Shown here: positions 20,432-29,598 of the stretch, piece by piece
How the letters are laid out: the number at the start of each line of letters is the position of its first letter
How positions within the stretch are numbered: the first letter of the stretch is position 1
From: Methanothermobacter marburgensis str. Marburg
GTDB lineage: Archaea; Methanobacteriota; Methanobacteria; Methanobacteriales; Methanothermobacteraceae
Assembly: GCF_000145295.1 (NCBI RefSeq)
Contig: NC_014408.1
Coordinates: 1-32,000 of the forward strand
Length of the DNA stretch: 32,000 bases
Direction of reading: 5' to 3'
Program-made: the position numbers and the translations under genes
The notes under the pieces: generated by a model
What the model saw: only the letters and a program-made list of their open reading frames with translations
Told to the model about the DNA's origin: nothing
Database searches by the model: none

Positions 20432-20668
20432 TGGCTGGGGATCCTCGATAACTCCCTTTGACCATACATCCACGCTTTTGATCTCTGAATATCTCCTGAG
20501 TTCTGGATCTAAGAATTTCTTTTTGTTTTTTTGTTGAGCTGGACGTAATTGGAAGGATTTCTTTTTACTTTGGTCTCCATGAATCTGGTGGAGATCTGGG
20601 TGTAAATTCGGAAAAATTTCTTTTAAGAGAAGGTCCAATTTTAAAATAAAAGATTGGAGGACCTTAAA

Positions 20669-20986
20669 ATGGAATACACTATTTTTAACGTGACCCTTCC
20701 ATTAATAGGGCTTTATATATTAACCTATACGCTTTACAGGAATGGTAGAATACGAAGAAGTTTTCATGTGAACCTCTGGAACCTGATCATACTCATTGCG
20801 TTTTTGATATCAGGAATTGGAGGTTTCGTCCTACTTTTTCTTCTGGAGAACGGTATAAGGTTTTCCCTGAACTCACAGCTTCTCTACTGGCATGTGGAGG
20901 CTGGCCTGGCACTGGTGGTTGTAACGGTTTTTCACTTCCACTGCTACACAGGCAGCTTAAACAGAATCCTGGGGGTTGGTAGATGA
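20669..20986 (+). CDS. Small 3-TM membrane protein with YWHxE / H-x13-H motif (DUF4405-like?)
   Basis: The ATG at 20669 follows TTGGAGG, whereas the track start at 20654 is TTG. It is paralogous to the C-terminal third of the next gene. Its stop overlaps the next start (ATGA). Confidence 0.6.
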   Translation: MEYTIFNVTLPLIGLYILTYTLYRNGRIRRSFHVNLWNLIILIAFLISGIGGFVLLFLLENGIRFSLNSQLLYWHVEAGLALVVVTVFHFHCYTGSLNRILGVGR

Positions 20987-21693
20987 ACCTGAGGAAAGGA
21001 TTTAAGTTTCTGACTGGAATTTTACCCTTCGTAGCTGCAATATCCAATTCTGGCATTTCATGCGCCGCTTCATGTCCCTATGGTCTTATAAACGACCCCT
21101 ACCCCGGGCAGTGCCCACGGTTCACGGACCTCAACGGTGACGGCATATGTGACCTCTCACAGACATCAGTCTCAAACGATTACGCAGCATCTGAGGATCG
21201 GGAAGCTTCTTCATCTGACCAGAAGGATTCTTCATCCAGTGGTAGCGATGATTACAGTCCACCAGAAACTTCTGAAATCAACAGGACACAGAATCAGGCC
21301 CCTGAACATAACGTGAGCGGAGATGTTTCAGGCGGTACCAGTGGAGAGTTCAGCGGCCATGAAACAGATTACCATTTAATACCTGTGAGCCTCATTATGG
21401 TGGGGGCGTATCTCCTAACGCTTTACCTCATGCGCAGCGGCTACATCAAGGGTTCAGTGTACAGAAGGCTGTGGAACGTGCTACTGACCGCGGGATATGC
21501 CGGGACAGGACTTACAGGCATACTCCTCCTCATATTCATACGCCTTGGTATAAAAACTGCCCTGAATCCATCTGTGACCTACTGGCATGCTGAACTGGCA
21601 ATTCTGATGGTTATAGGTACCCTGATACATGCCCAAATCTACTGGAAGCCGTTAAAGGGCATGTTCAGACAGCTGGTGAGGGGCGCATCCTGA
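20983..21693 (+). CDS. Membrane protein: signal/anchor, 4-Cys module, Ser/Asp-rich linker and C-terminal 3-TM H-x13-H module
   Basis: The Cys pattern is C27-x3-C31-x12-C44-x11-C56, with an EF-hand/dockerin-like DLNGDGICD loop. The region from about residue 62 to 130 is acidic low complexity. The C-terminal 3-TM region aligns with the preceding ORF (LWN, YWHAE...H). Confidence 0.65.
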   Translation: MNLRKGFKFLTGILPFVAAISNSGISCAASCPYGLINDPYPGQCPRFTDLNGDGICDLSQTSVSNDYAASEDREASSSDQKDSSSSGSDDYSPPETSEINRTQNQAPEHNVSGDVSGGTSGEFSGHETDYHLIPVSLIMVGAYLLTLYLMRSGYIKGSVYRRLWNVLLTAGYAGTGLTGILLLIFIRLGIKTALNPSVTYWHAELAILMVIGTLIHAQIYWKPLKGMFRQLVRGAS

Positions 21694-21863
21694 TGGTGAA
21701 GCAAATCACCACTGCAGGATCCTGACGGACTTCAGAATTCCCACCCCCACCATTAAAATTTAGGCATCATGTGTGGACTCTCATGTATTCAAAGGTAAAT
21801 CACTGGATGGATCAGTGCCAAAAAATTATCCATAGTTACCACCATAGGTATAAGCGTGGTTCC

Positions 21864-22151
21864 ATGAAGAGGCTCCTGTGGTGGCTTATTGCAGCGACAC
21901 GTGGGGGGGTGAACCGTGCAAGGATAATCCGAATGCTGCATGAGAGGCCATACAACACCAACCAGCTGGCAGAGGCCCTTGAACTGGATTATAAGACTGT
22001 TCAGCATCACTTAAGTGTTCTTGAGAAGAATAAAATCATAGTATCGTCAGGTGAGAGGTACGGAAAGATGTACTTTCTTTCAGATGCAATGGAGGAGAAT
22101 TACGACTTATTTGAGGATATACTGGATAGGATGCAGGGGGTTGATGTATGA
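21864..22151 (+). CDS. ArsR-type winged helix-turn-helix transcriptional regulator
   Basis: MKRLLWWLIAATRGGVNRARIIRMLHERPYNTNQLAEALELDYKTVQHHLSVLEKNKII is a typical wHTH. The start is uncertain: GTG 21771, ATG 21807 and ATG 21864 are all in frame. I chose the one matching the usual family N-terminus. Confidence 0.65.
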   Translation: MKRLLWWLIAATRGGVNRARIIRMLHERPYNTNQLAEALELDYKTVQHHLSVLEKNKIIVSSGERYGKMYFLSDAMEENYDLFEDILDRMQGVDV

Positions 22152-22465
22152 GAGAAGTTCATGACCGTAATTTCATGGCAGATCCCGGGCTCACATTCCT
22201 GGCGGTTGTGGTTGGGATTCTGAATGTGTTCGTCCTCCTCATCCTTCTTGGGGTCTATGTTTCAAGCTACAGGAAGATCCGGTCCAGTTTCACACTGGGA
22301 CTTATCGGGTTTTCGCTGCTCCTGCTCCTGCAGAACATCATATTCATAATTTTCATGCTGACACGGGAGGGCTTCAGGGGACATGGACTGGGATTTCCTG
22401 TTCTCAGTGTTAACCTCTGCCAGCTTGGCGCGCTTCTGGTTCTCCTCAGGATAACCTGGGAGTAG
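22148..22465 (+). CDS. Small 3-TM membrane protein translationally coupled to the wHTH regulator
   Basis: 105-aa hydrophobic ORF. Its ATG overlaps the regulator's stop codon (ATGA). Confidence 0.6.
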   Translation: MREVHDRNFMADPGLTFLAVVVGILNVFVLLILLGVYVSSYRKIRSSFTLGLIGFSLLLLLQNIIFIIFMLTREGFRGHGLGFPVLSVNLCQLGALLVLLRITWE

Positions 22466-22500
22466 CCCTGCACTTTAACTGAAGGATGAGGATATGTGAA

Positions 22501-22510
22501 GTATATATAG
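22501..22510 (+). promoter_or_regulatory. TATA box for the Sm-like gene
   Basis: GTATATATAG lies 42-51 bp upstream of the ATG at 22552. An AAGGGGA RBS lies between them. Confidence 0.45.
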
Positions 22511-22551
22511 GCGAATCATTATAGCATTACTAAATCTTTAAGGGGATTCTG

Positions 22552-22755
22552 ATGAAAGGCAATAATAAGGAGTTCAGGGTTAACAAGCAGTTCCTGAAGT
22601 TTAAAAACAGGAATGTTCTTCTAACACTTAAAAACAATGAAGAGGCAAGGGGAAAACTCATATCAATAGATAATTACCTCAACACAGTTCTTCAGACTGA
22701 GGATGGCATCAGGTTCATTAAGGGAACCAAGATAGCGTTCATTGCAATGGAATAA
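22552..22755 (+). CDS. Short Sm-like (LSm) fold protein
   Basis: 67 aa. Sm1-like segment is VLLTLKNNEEARGKLISIDNYLNTVL. Sm2-like segment is IRFIKGTKIAFI. The gene has a good RBS and a TATA box. Confidence 0.55.
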   Translation: MKGNNKEFRVNKQFLKFKNRNVLLTLKNNEEARGKLISIDNYLNTVLQTEDGIRFIKGTKIAFIAME

Positions 22756-23748
22756 TTAAATATCAACCTCTATCCCAAGAATATCTCTTTTACCCCCGTG
22801 TATATCACGCGCTATCTGGGCACTTCCCATGGAACCGGAGGTTGCATCCAGCCTCTTCACAGGGGCCAGTTCATTCACCATAGCTGCAAGTTTTCCGTGG
22901 AAATCGTAGGGTTCCCTCATGGCACCCATCGATCCCGTGAGAACAATTCCATCAACACGCTCTGAGATGCCTGCAAGCCCCCATATCTCCATGGCTATAG
23001 TCATTATCATGGTCTCAAGTGCAAGAGCAGCTTCCTTCCTCCCCTCAAGGTACATATCAAGGAGTTCATCCCTTGCACGGGACACCCTTGTCTCTATACC
23101 GGCTATCTTAACAGCCCCGGCATGTGAAAAACACTCGTTGGCTGTTTTTTCACCGTCATCTATTTTCCTGAGCATTTCAAGGTCAAGAGGTCCATGTATA
23201 ACCCCCATGGCACCTATACAGGCATCCATAGCACCTCTTATCTTCCCGTCCTGTATGAGCATGGTTACCGTATTGGAACTTATATCGGAAACTATCATGT
23301 TCTCCCACCCGGTCTCCAGGTATGCGTTGTAGCATATGCTCACCTTCTCGGGACTTGCGTGGTGGGAGTAGGCTGCCCGGAACCTCTTATCAAGGCAGGG
23401 GGTGTTGCGGTGAAGGCCAGGTATCAGTACAGTGGGTATTCCAGAGGACTCTATTTCACTGTAAACGGCTGTCCCACCACCTGTGACCTTACCGGCCCCT
23501 CCAATGGAGATGATACCCCTGTTCTTCACACGATCAATGGGCTTTATCCTGTTTATACCATCACCCATTGCATAGGTTATTGCCATAAGTTCTATATCTT
23601 CAATGGACACCCTTCCTTCAAGCTCCTCAAGGGCGGAAACCCTTCCAGCGGAAAGTTCCTCCCTCCCTATTTTGAAGTGCTCGGCCCCATCCCCAAGGAT
23701 TGTGAAGGACACTCCTGTTGTCCCATGGTCCATACCCACAAATACCAA
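22756..23748 (-). CDS. Methanogenesis marker protein 12-like (UPF0285; actin/BadF-type ATPase fold)
   Basis: The N-terminus VFVGMDHGTTG is an ASKHA phosphate-1 motif, and the length and pattern fit UPF0285 as I remember it. TTG at 23748 lies 4 nt after AGGTGAT; the track's GTG at 23757 sits inside that RBS. Confidence 0.55.
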   Translation of the reverse strand: MVFVGMDHGTTGVSFTILGDGAEHFKIGREELSAGRVSALEELEGRVSIEDIELMAITYAMGDGINRIKPIDRVKNRGIISIGGAGKVTGGGTAVYSEIESSGIPTVLIPGLHRNTPCLDKRFRAAYSHHASPEKVSICYNAYLETGWENMIVSDISSNTVTMLIQDGKIRGAMDACIGAMGVIHGPLDLEMLRKIDDGEKTANECFSHAGAVKIAGIETRVSRARDELLDMYLEGRKEAALALETMIMTIAMEIWGLAGISERVDGIVLTGSMGAMREPYDFHGKLAAMVNELAPVKRLDATSGSMGSAQIARDIHGGKRDILGIEVDI

Positions 23749-23793
23749 GCCAATCACCTTTTAAAAGAAAAATATGGGATTTATCGGCGGAGT

Positions 23794-24780
23794 TTATTTT
23801 TCAAGGCCGCAGAGTTTCCTGAGCTTTGAGCCCACCTTCTCTATCTCCAGTTCTCCCTCAAGTGCCCTCATCCTTTTAAGCATTGGGGCACCGGCCCTGT
23901 TTTCAAGAGCCCATTCCTTGGCGAATTTACCGTTCTGGATTTCCTCCAGTATTTTCTGCATTTCCTTCTCTGTTTCCTCTGTTATAATCCTCTTTCTCCT
24001 TGTAAGGCCCCCGAACTCGGCGGTGTTACTCACATTGTGCCACATTCCCTGGAATCCCCTCTCATAGATGAGGTCCACTATCAGTTTGAGTTCATGGCAT
24101 GTCTCAAAGTAGGCGATCTCTGGCTGATACCCGGCCTTCACAAGGGTCCTGAATGCGGTGTTTATGAGTTCTGTTACACCACCACAGAGGACGGCCTGTT
24201 CACCAAAGAGGTCTGTCTCTGTTTCCTCCTTGAAGGTGGTCTCAAGGACACCTGCACGTGCAAGTCCGCATGCCTTGGCCATTGCAAGGGCCTGTTCAAG
24301 GGCGTCTCCTGTTGCATCCACCTCAACAGCCACAAGACCAGGTATGCCGAAACCCTCAAGGTAGGTTCTCCTCACCATTGCACCGGGACCCTTAGGGGCC
24401 ACCATGGTGACGTTTACCCCTTCAGGGGCCCTTATGTAGCCGTAGTGTATGTTGTAGCCATGTGAAAAGGATATTGTGTTGCCCTCCCTGAGGTAGGGTT
24501 TTATGGACTGCTCAAATACTGTCTCCTGTATTTCGTCGGGTATGAGTATGTGTACGATGTCGGCCTCCCTTGAGGCGTCCTCAACTGTCATGACGTTCAT
24601 ACCATCATCATGGGCCTTCTTCCAGGATGCTCCGCCCCTTCTGAGCCCAACTATAACATCAAGTCCGCTGTCGGCCATGTTCCTGGCCTGGGCTTCTCCC
24701 TGACTGCCGTAACCTATGACGGCTATCTTCTTATCTGCCAGTATCTCCATGTCAATGTCATTTTCATAGTAGATCTTCAT
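23794..24780 (-). CDS. ilvC: Ketol-acid reductoisomerase
   Basis: GYGSQG NADP(H)-binding motif with full-length class I KARI resemblance. The ATG at 24780 lies 6 nt after AGGAGG. Confidence 0.95.
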   Translation of the reverse strand: MKIYYENDIDMEILADKKIAVIGYGSQGEAQARNMADSGLDVIVGLRRGGASWKKAHDDGMNVMTVEDASREADIVHILIPDEIQETVFEQSIKPYLREGNTISFSHGYNIHYGYIRAPEGVNVTMVAPKGPGAMVRRTYLEGFGIPGLVAVEVDATGDALEQALAMAKACGLARAGVLETTFKEETETDLFGEQAVLCGGVTELINTAFRTLVKAGYQPEIAYFETCHELKLIVDLIYERGFQGMWHNVSNTAEFGGLTRRKRIITEETEKEMQKILEEIQNGKFAKEWALENRAGAPMLKRMRALEGELEIEKVGSKLRKLCGLEK

Positions 24781-24843
24781 GAAAAACCTCCTCATCTCTA
24801 ATTAACAGGGTCATTAAAAATAAATATTTGTGTTCATCTGGAT

Positions 24844-25341
24844 TCAGATGGTTCTGCCACCACGGGACATTGCAGTTGGCCCGGTCCTTGCAAGTTCCTT
24901 GATTCCAAAGACCCTCAGGAGCTCAAGGAAGGCGTCTATCTTCTCTGAGTCCCCGGTAACCTCAACTGTAAGCGCCTCACTGCTCACGTCCACTATCCTC
25001 CCCCTGAAGATGTTGGTGTACTGTATTATCTCTGACCTCTCCTTCTCTGATGGGGCGTGTACCTTAACCATGCAGAGCTCCCTCTTAACGGTGGATGATG
25101 GTTCAAGGTCACGGACCTTTATGACGTCTATCAGCTTATTGAGCTGCTTGGTTATCTGTTCAAGTACACGGTCGTCGCCCCTGGCTATTATGGTCATCCT
25201 GGCGATTCCAGGGGTTTCAGATTCCCCTACAGTGATGCTTTCGATGTTGAATCCACGCCTTGTGAACAGCCCTGCAACCCTCTGAAGGACACCTGGCCTG
25301 TGCTCAACAAGGGCACTGATGATGTGTGTATCTGGTTTCAT
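24844..25341 (-). CDS. ilvN: Acetolactate synthase small (regulatory) subunit
   Basis: ACT domain LVEHRPGVLQRVAGLFTRRGFNIESI. The ATG at 25341 follows GGTGAT and lies 1 nt after the ilvB stop codon (TAAGATG). Confidence 0.93.
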   Translation of the reverse strand: MKPDTHIISALVEHRPGVLQRVAGLFTRRGFNIESITVGESETPGIARMTIIARGDDRVLEQITKQLNKLIDVIKVRDLEPSSTVKRELCMVKVHAPSEKERSEIIQYTNIFRGRIVDVSSEALTVEVTGDSEKIDAFLELLRVFGIKELARTGPTAMSRGGRTI

Positions 25342-25342
25342 C

Positions 25343-27067
25343 TTAATCACCGTCCGCCTTCACTCCAGAGTATCTTATTTCCTGGGGATCCTCCCTTTCA
25401 ACCCTGTACTCCCCCACTATTTCGGTCAGACCGCAACCTGGCGGGACCATTGGGAGTATCTCATGGGGGTCTATAACTATATCCAGCAGGGCAGGTTCAC
25501 CTGATCTTATGGCCCTTGAAAGGGCTTCAGATGTTTCGCCCGGTTTTTCGACCCTTTCAGCTTCAATTCCAAATGATTCAGCCAGTTTAACAAAATCCGG
25601 GACCTCACCGAGGTGTGTATGGGACATCCTCTCATCATAGAAGAGGCGCTGCCACTGGGCAACCATACCAAGGTGGCGGTTGTCCATGACACATATCACA
25701 ACGGGGATGTCGTATTCCCTTATGGTTGCGAGGTCCTGGCAGACCATCAGGAATCCGCCGTCGCCACAGACAGCCACAACGTCATTCTCTGGAAGAGCAA
25801 CCTTTGCCCCTATGGCGGCAGGGAAACCGAAACCCATGGTACCAAGGCCACCTGATGATATGAATTTTCTGGGGGCCCTTGATGTGTAGAAATGGGCCAT
25901 CCACATCTGGTTCTGCCCAACGTCTGTTGTTACAACTGTTTCATCATCCAGAACCTGGCTTATCTCCTTTATAACCTGCTGGGGTTTCAGAGGGACTTCA
26001 TCATAACTCATCCTTGGCATACACTCCGCCCTGAATTTTTGAACACCCTTCAGCCACTTATCATCTCTTTCACCGTGTTTTTTGAGTTTTTCTATAAGCT
26101 CCCTAAGGACATTCCTGGCGTCACCGACGATGGGGACATCAACGGTCACGTTTTTACCTATCTCGGCTGGATCGATGTCCACGTGTATTATTCTGGCATT
26201 GGGGGCGAATTCTGCGACATTACCGGTTGTGCGGTCTGAGAATCTGCATCCAACTGCTATGAGGCAGTCGCACTCATCCACTGTGAGGTTTGCAACCTTG
26301 CGGCCATGCATCCCCAGCATACCCATGGCCGAAGGATGGTCCTCAGGGAAAGAACCCTTACCGAGGAGCGTGGTGGTAACAGGGGCCTTTATGAGTTCTG
26401 ATAACTCCATGATCTCCTTTGAGGCCCCGGATATTATCACCCCACCACCCGCCAGTATAACGGGCTTTTCTGATCTCCTTATGAGCTCTGCAGCCCTCTT
26501 TATCTGGAGCGGGTGGCCCCGGAGGGTTGGCCTGTAGCCCTGAAGGTCCAGCTCATCAAGCGGGTCCTGGACCTCCTGTTCCTGTATGTCCTTTGGAAGG
26601 TCTATGACAACGGGGCCAGGGCGACCTGTCTTTGCTATGTGAAAGCTTGCCCTTACCATTGCAGGGATTTCACTTGCATCCGCTGGCTGGAAGCTGTGCT
26701 TTGTGATGGGCATGGTTATGCCTATCATGTCCACCTCCTGGAAGGCATCATTCCCGATGAGGTGGGTGGGGACCTGACCTGCAATTGCAACTATGGGTGA
26801 GGAGTCCATGTAGGCTGTTGCGATACCGGTTACAAGGTTTGTGGCCCCTGGCCCTGAGGTTGCTATGCAGACCCCCACCCTGCCTGAGGCCCTTGCATAT
26901 CCATCTGCGGCGTGGGCCGCGCACTGCTCATGTCTTACAAGGATGTGTTTGAGTTCGGAATCATAGAGCATGTCATAGAGTGGCAGTAACTGTCCACCGG
27001 GGTATCCGAATACGGTGTCTGCTCCCTGATCCAGAAGTGATCTGATTATTGCCTGGCCACCTTTCAT
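25343..27067 (-). CDS. ilvB: Acetolactate synthase large (catalytic) subunit
   Basis: ThDP motif GDGGF..., an FAD/ThDP enzyme of typical length. The ATG at 27067 follows AAGGTG, whereas the track start at 27076 is GTG. Confidence 0.95.
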   Translation of the reverse strand: MKGGQAIIRSLLDQGADTVFGYPGGQLLPLYDMLYDSELKHILVRHEQCAAHAADGYARASGRVGVCIATSGPGATNLVTGIATAYMDSSPIVAIAGQVPTHLIGNDAFQEVDMIGITMPITKHSFQPADASEIPAMVRASFHIAKTGRPGPVVIDLPKDIQEQEVQDPLDELDLQGYRPTLRGHPLQIKRAAELIRRSEKPVILAGGGVIISGASKEIMELSELIKAPVTTTLLGKGSFPEDHPSAMGMLGMHGRKVANLTVDECDCLIAVGCRFSDRTTGNVAEFAPNARIIHVDIDPAEIGKNVTVDVPIVGDARNVLRELIEKLKKHGERDDKWLKGVQKFRAECMPRMSYDEVPLKPQQVIKEISQVLDDETVVTTDVGQNQMWMAHFYTSRAPRKFISSGGLGTMGFGFPAAIGAKVALPENDVVAVCGDGGFLMVCQDLATIREYDIPVVICVMDNRHLGMVAQWQRLFYDERMSHTHLGEVPDFVKLAESFGIEAERVEKPGETSEALSRAIRSGEPALLDIVIDPHEILPMVPPGCGLTEIVGEYRVEREDPQEIRYSGVKADGD

Positions 27068-27144
27068 TGGAAACACCTTGAAAATCTATCATTATTATTA
27101 ATGACATATTTCTTATAAATACATAATAAAGGTAAGTGGTAAGG

Positions 27145-27152
27145 TTATATAA
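27145..27152 (+). promoter_or_regulatory. TATA box for purD-argF
   Basis: TTATATAA lies 47-54 bp upstream of the purD ATG, within the AT-rich divergent ilvB/purD intergenic region. Confidence 0.4.
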
Positions 27153-27198
27153 AACAATAGGGAGATTTAAGTTTATCAATTTCAGGGAGGATTATCCG

Positions 27199-28512
27199 AT
27201 GAAAATACTTGTTGTGGGAACAGGAGCAAGGGAACATGCCATATGCAGTGCACTGGCAGATGAGGCAACGATATACTCTGTGATGGGTAACAGGAACCCC
27301 GGCATATCAAGGCTTGCCAGTGAATTCATGGTTGCTCCTGAGGTTGACACAGAAAGGGTGGTCAATTTCGCATCCAGTAAGGGCGTTGATATGGCATTCA
27401 TAGGTCCTGAGGCACCCCTCGAGGCAGGGCTGGTCAATGCCCTTGAGGAAGCAGGCATACCATCGGTGGGGCCCACCAGGGAGGCTGCCAGAATTGAGAC
27501 AGACAAGTCCTTCATGCGCAGACTCTTTGAAGGTTACAGTATCCCCGGGTCAATAACCTACCGTGTCTTTGATGACAGGGCTGAACTCAGGGAGTTCATG
27601 GATGACTTTGAGGGCGAGGCTGTGGTAAAGCCGGTGGGACTCACAGGCGGAAAGGGCGTTAAGATAGTCGGTGAACACCTCCAGGACAACTCAGAGGCAA
27701 TCGAATACGCCTGCGAGGTAATAGATAATCGTATAGGTGGCCATGCAAGCGTTGTTATAGAGGAAAGGGTTGTCGGGGAGGAATTCACCGTCCAGGCCTT
27801 TTCTGACGGCGACCGTATTGTGCCAATGCCTGCAGTACAGGACCACCCCCACGCATATGAGGGGGACCAGGGCCCAATAACAGGAGGGATGGGTTCCTAC
27901 TCAGACTCAGATGGTCTTTTACCGTTCCTGACACAGAAGGACTATGATGAAGCAGTTGAGATAATGCAGAAGACGATCGATGCAATTAAAAGTGAGGCAG
28001 GGCCCTATAAGGGAGTTCTTTATGGACAGTTCATGCTCACAGCCGACGGACCGAAACTCATAGAGTACAATGCACGTTTCGGGGACCCTGAGGCAATGAA
28101 TGTACTCCCACTACTTGAGTCCAGCATGCTTGAGATCTGTGAGGGAATCGTGGACGGAAATCTCAGCGGGGCAAGGTTCAGGAACCTTGCAACGGTCTGC
28201 AAGTACCTTGTACCCGAGGGCTACCCTGATAAGGGGATTGTAGGCTCTGAAATAAGGGTCGAAGAGGATAAGATCGAGGATATGGGGGTTATAACGTACT
28301 ATGCAGCGGTTAACCAGGAGAACAGCACCATATACACCTCTTCATCCAGGGCACTTGCACTGGTGGCCCTTGCAGAGGACATATACTCTGCAGAGGAGCT
28401 CTGTGAGAACGCCACAGGATACGTGAAGGGAAGGCTCTACCACCGGAGGGATATAGGTACCAGGGAGCTTGTTGAGAAGAGGGTGAAGCACATGGAGGAC
28501 CTCCGGTCCTGA
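27199..28512 (+). CDS. purD: Phosphoribosylamine-glycine ligase
   Basis: [15 protein letters not shown]-terminus with an ATP-grasp body. The ATG at 27199 follows AGGGAGG, and the upstream in-frame extension lies in AT-rich promoter DNA. Confidence 0.95.
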   Translation: MKILVVGTGAREHAICSALADEATIYSVMGNRNPGISRLASEFMVAPEVDTERVVNFASSKGVDMAFIGPEAPLEAGLVNALEEAGIPSVGPTREAARIETDKSFMRRLFEGYSIPGSITYRVFDDRAELREFMDDFEGEAVVKPVGLTGGKGVKIVGEHLQDNSEAIEYACEVIDNRIGGHASVVIEERVVGEEFTVQAFSDGDRIVPMPAVQDHPHAYEGDQGPITGGMGSYSDSDGLLPFLTQKDYDEAVEIMQKTIDAIKSEAGPYKGVLYGQFMLTADGPKLIEYNARFGDPEAMNVLPLLESSMLEICEGIVDGNLSGARFRNLATVCKYLVPEGYPDKGIVGSEIRVEEDKIEDMGVITYYAAVNQENSTIYTSSSRALALVALAEDIYSAEELCENATGYVKGRLYHRRDIGTRELVEKRVKHMEDLRS

Positions 28513-28524
28513 GGAGTGGGGCAG

Positions 28525-29424
28525 ATGAGGCATCTTCTATCTGTATGCGACATGGACGACGTGGTGGCGCTCCTTGACCTTGCAGATGACTACAAGGCAG
28601 GGGAAATCCCAGGAAAGGTCCTTGAGGGTAAGACCCTTGCAATGATCTTTGAGAAATCATCAACAAGGACCAGGGTCTCCTTTGAGGTTGGGGCATCCCA
28701 GCTGGGTGCACAGCCCCTCTATCTGTCTGCATCAGACCTGCAGCTTGGAAGGGGGGAGCCAATAGCAGACACCGCAAGGACCCTCAGCAGATACGTTGAC
28801 GGGATCATGATAAGGGCCATAAGGCACTCAGACGTGGTTGAACTTGCATCAGAGTCTTCTGTACCTGTTATAAATGGGCTTACAGATCTTGAACACCCAT
28901 GTCAGGCGCTGGCTGACATGCAGACTGTAAGGGAGAAACTGGGGGACTTCAGTGGTAGACTGGTATTTGTGGGGGATGGTAACAACGTCTGCAACTCACT
29001 GCTCCTCATAACAGCAATGCTGGGGATGGACATGGACGTTGCCTGCCCACCGGGTTATGAACCCGACACAGAAATCACTGGAATGGCAGAAAAAATCGCC
29101 AGAAAAAGTGGTTCAGAGATAAGGGTGCTCCATGATCCTAGGGAAGCTGTCGATGGCGCGGATGTTGTCTACACCGACGTCTGGGTCAGCATGGGCTATG
29201 AGGAAGAGACCGAGGAACGCCTCAAGGTATTCAGGCCTTACCAGGTGAACTCAGAGCTCATGAAACTCGCATCCCCTGATGCCATATTCATGCACTGTCT
29301 TCCGGCTGTGAGGGGGCAGGAGACAACCTCTGAGGTCATCGACGGGCCGCAGTCAGTTGTCTGGGATCAGGCAGAAAACAGGCTACATGCACAGAAGGCG
29401 ATAATGCACTGGCTCATGGGATGA
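28525..29424 (+). CDS. argF: Ornithine carbamoyltransferase
   Basis: Carries the STRTR, HPCQ, DVWVSMG and HCLP motifs. The ATG at 28525 follows GAGGAG, whereas the track start at 28516 is GTG. Confidence 0.93.
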   Translation: MRHLLSVCDMDDVVALLDLADDYKAGEIPGKVLEGKTLAMIFEKSSTRTRVSFEVGASQLGAQPLYLSASDLQLGRGEPIADTARTLSRYVDGIMIRAIRHSDVVELASESSVPVINGLTDLEHPCQALADMQTVREKLGDFSGRLVFVGDGNNVCNSLLLITAMLGMDMDVACPPGYEPDTEITGMAEKIARKSGSEIRVLHDPREAVDGADVVYTDVWVSMGYEEETEERLKVFRPYQVNSELMKLASPDAIFMHCLPAVRGQETTSEVIDGPQSVVWDQAENRLHAQKAIMHWLMG

Positions 29425-29598
29425 TTGAGGGTGTTGCCTGGGTGGTGATGGACTGCTCAGGCAGTTATGAACTGGAGTCCAAGGAGGGCCTCTCTGTTCA
29501 TAGCATCCTTCTTTTATCCAACGCCGACTGAATGCCAGACTTCAATACATTATGTGGCACACGAATTTTCTGAATACCAGTTTAACCAAAAATTAAAT

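Noticed and set aside
20408-20638. 76-aa minus-strand ORF in the surE-downstream spacer.
   Set aside because: Its Lys-rich translation simply mirrors the T-runs of the spacer. It has no RBS or TATA box, and it overlaps the surE 3' end. I treat the region as non-coding.
27136-27198. N-terminal extensions given by the ORF track, for example purD from 27136, kae1 from 13915, signal peptidase from 31803, ilvC from 24795 and the AcnX gene from 9914.
   Set aside because: The extensions start at GTG or TTG, or run through AT-rich promoter DNA or into the upstream gene. In each case a downstream ATG has a GGTGA/GGAGG-type RBS at 4-8 nt and matches the conserved family N-terminus.
29440-29535. Possible C/D-box sRNA (GTGATGG ... 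CTGA) in the argF/argS spacer.
   Set aside because: The C-box is imperfect (GUGAUGG rather than RUGAUGA). The spacing to the nearest CUGA is about 80 nt, and no C'/D' pair is evident.
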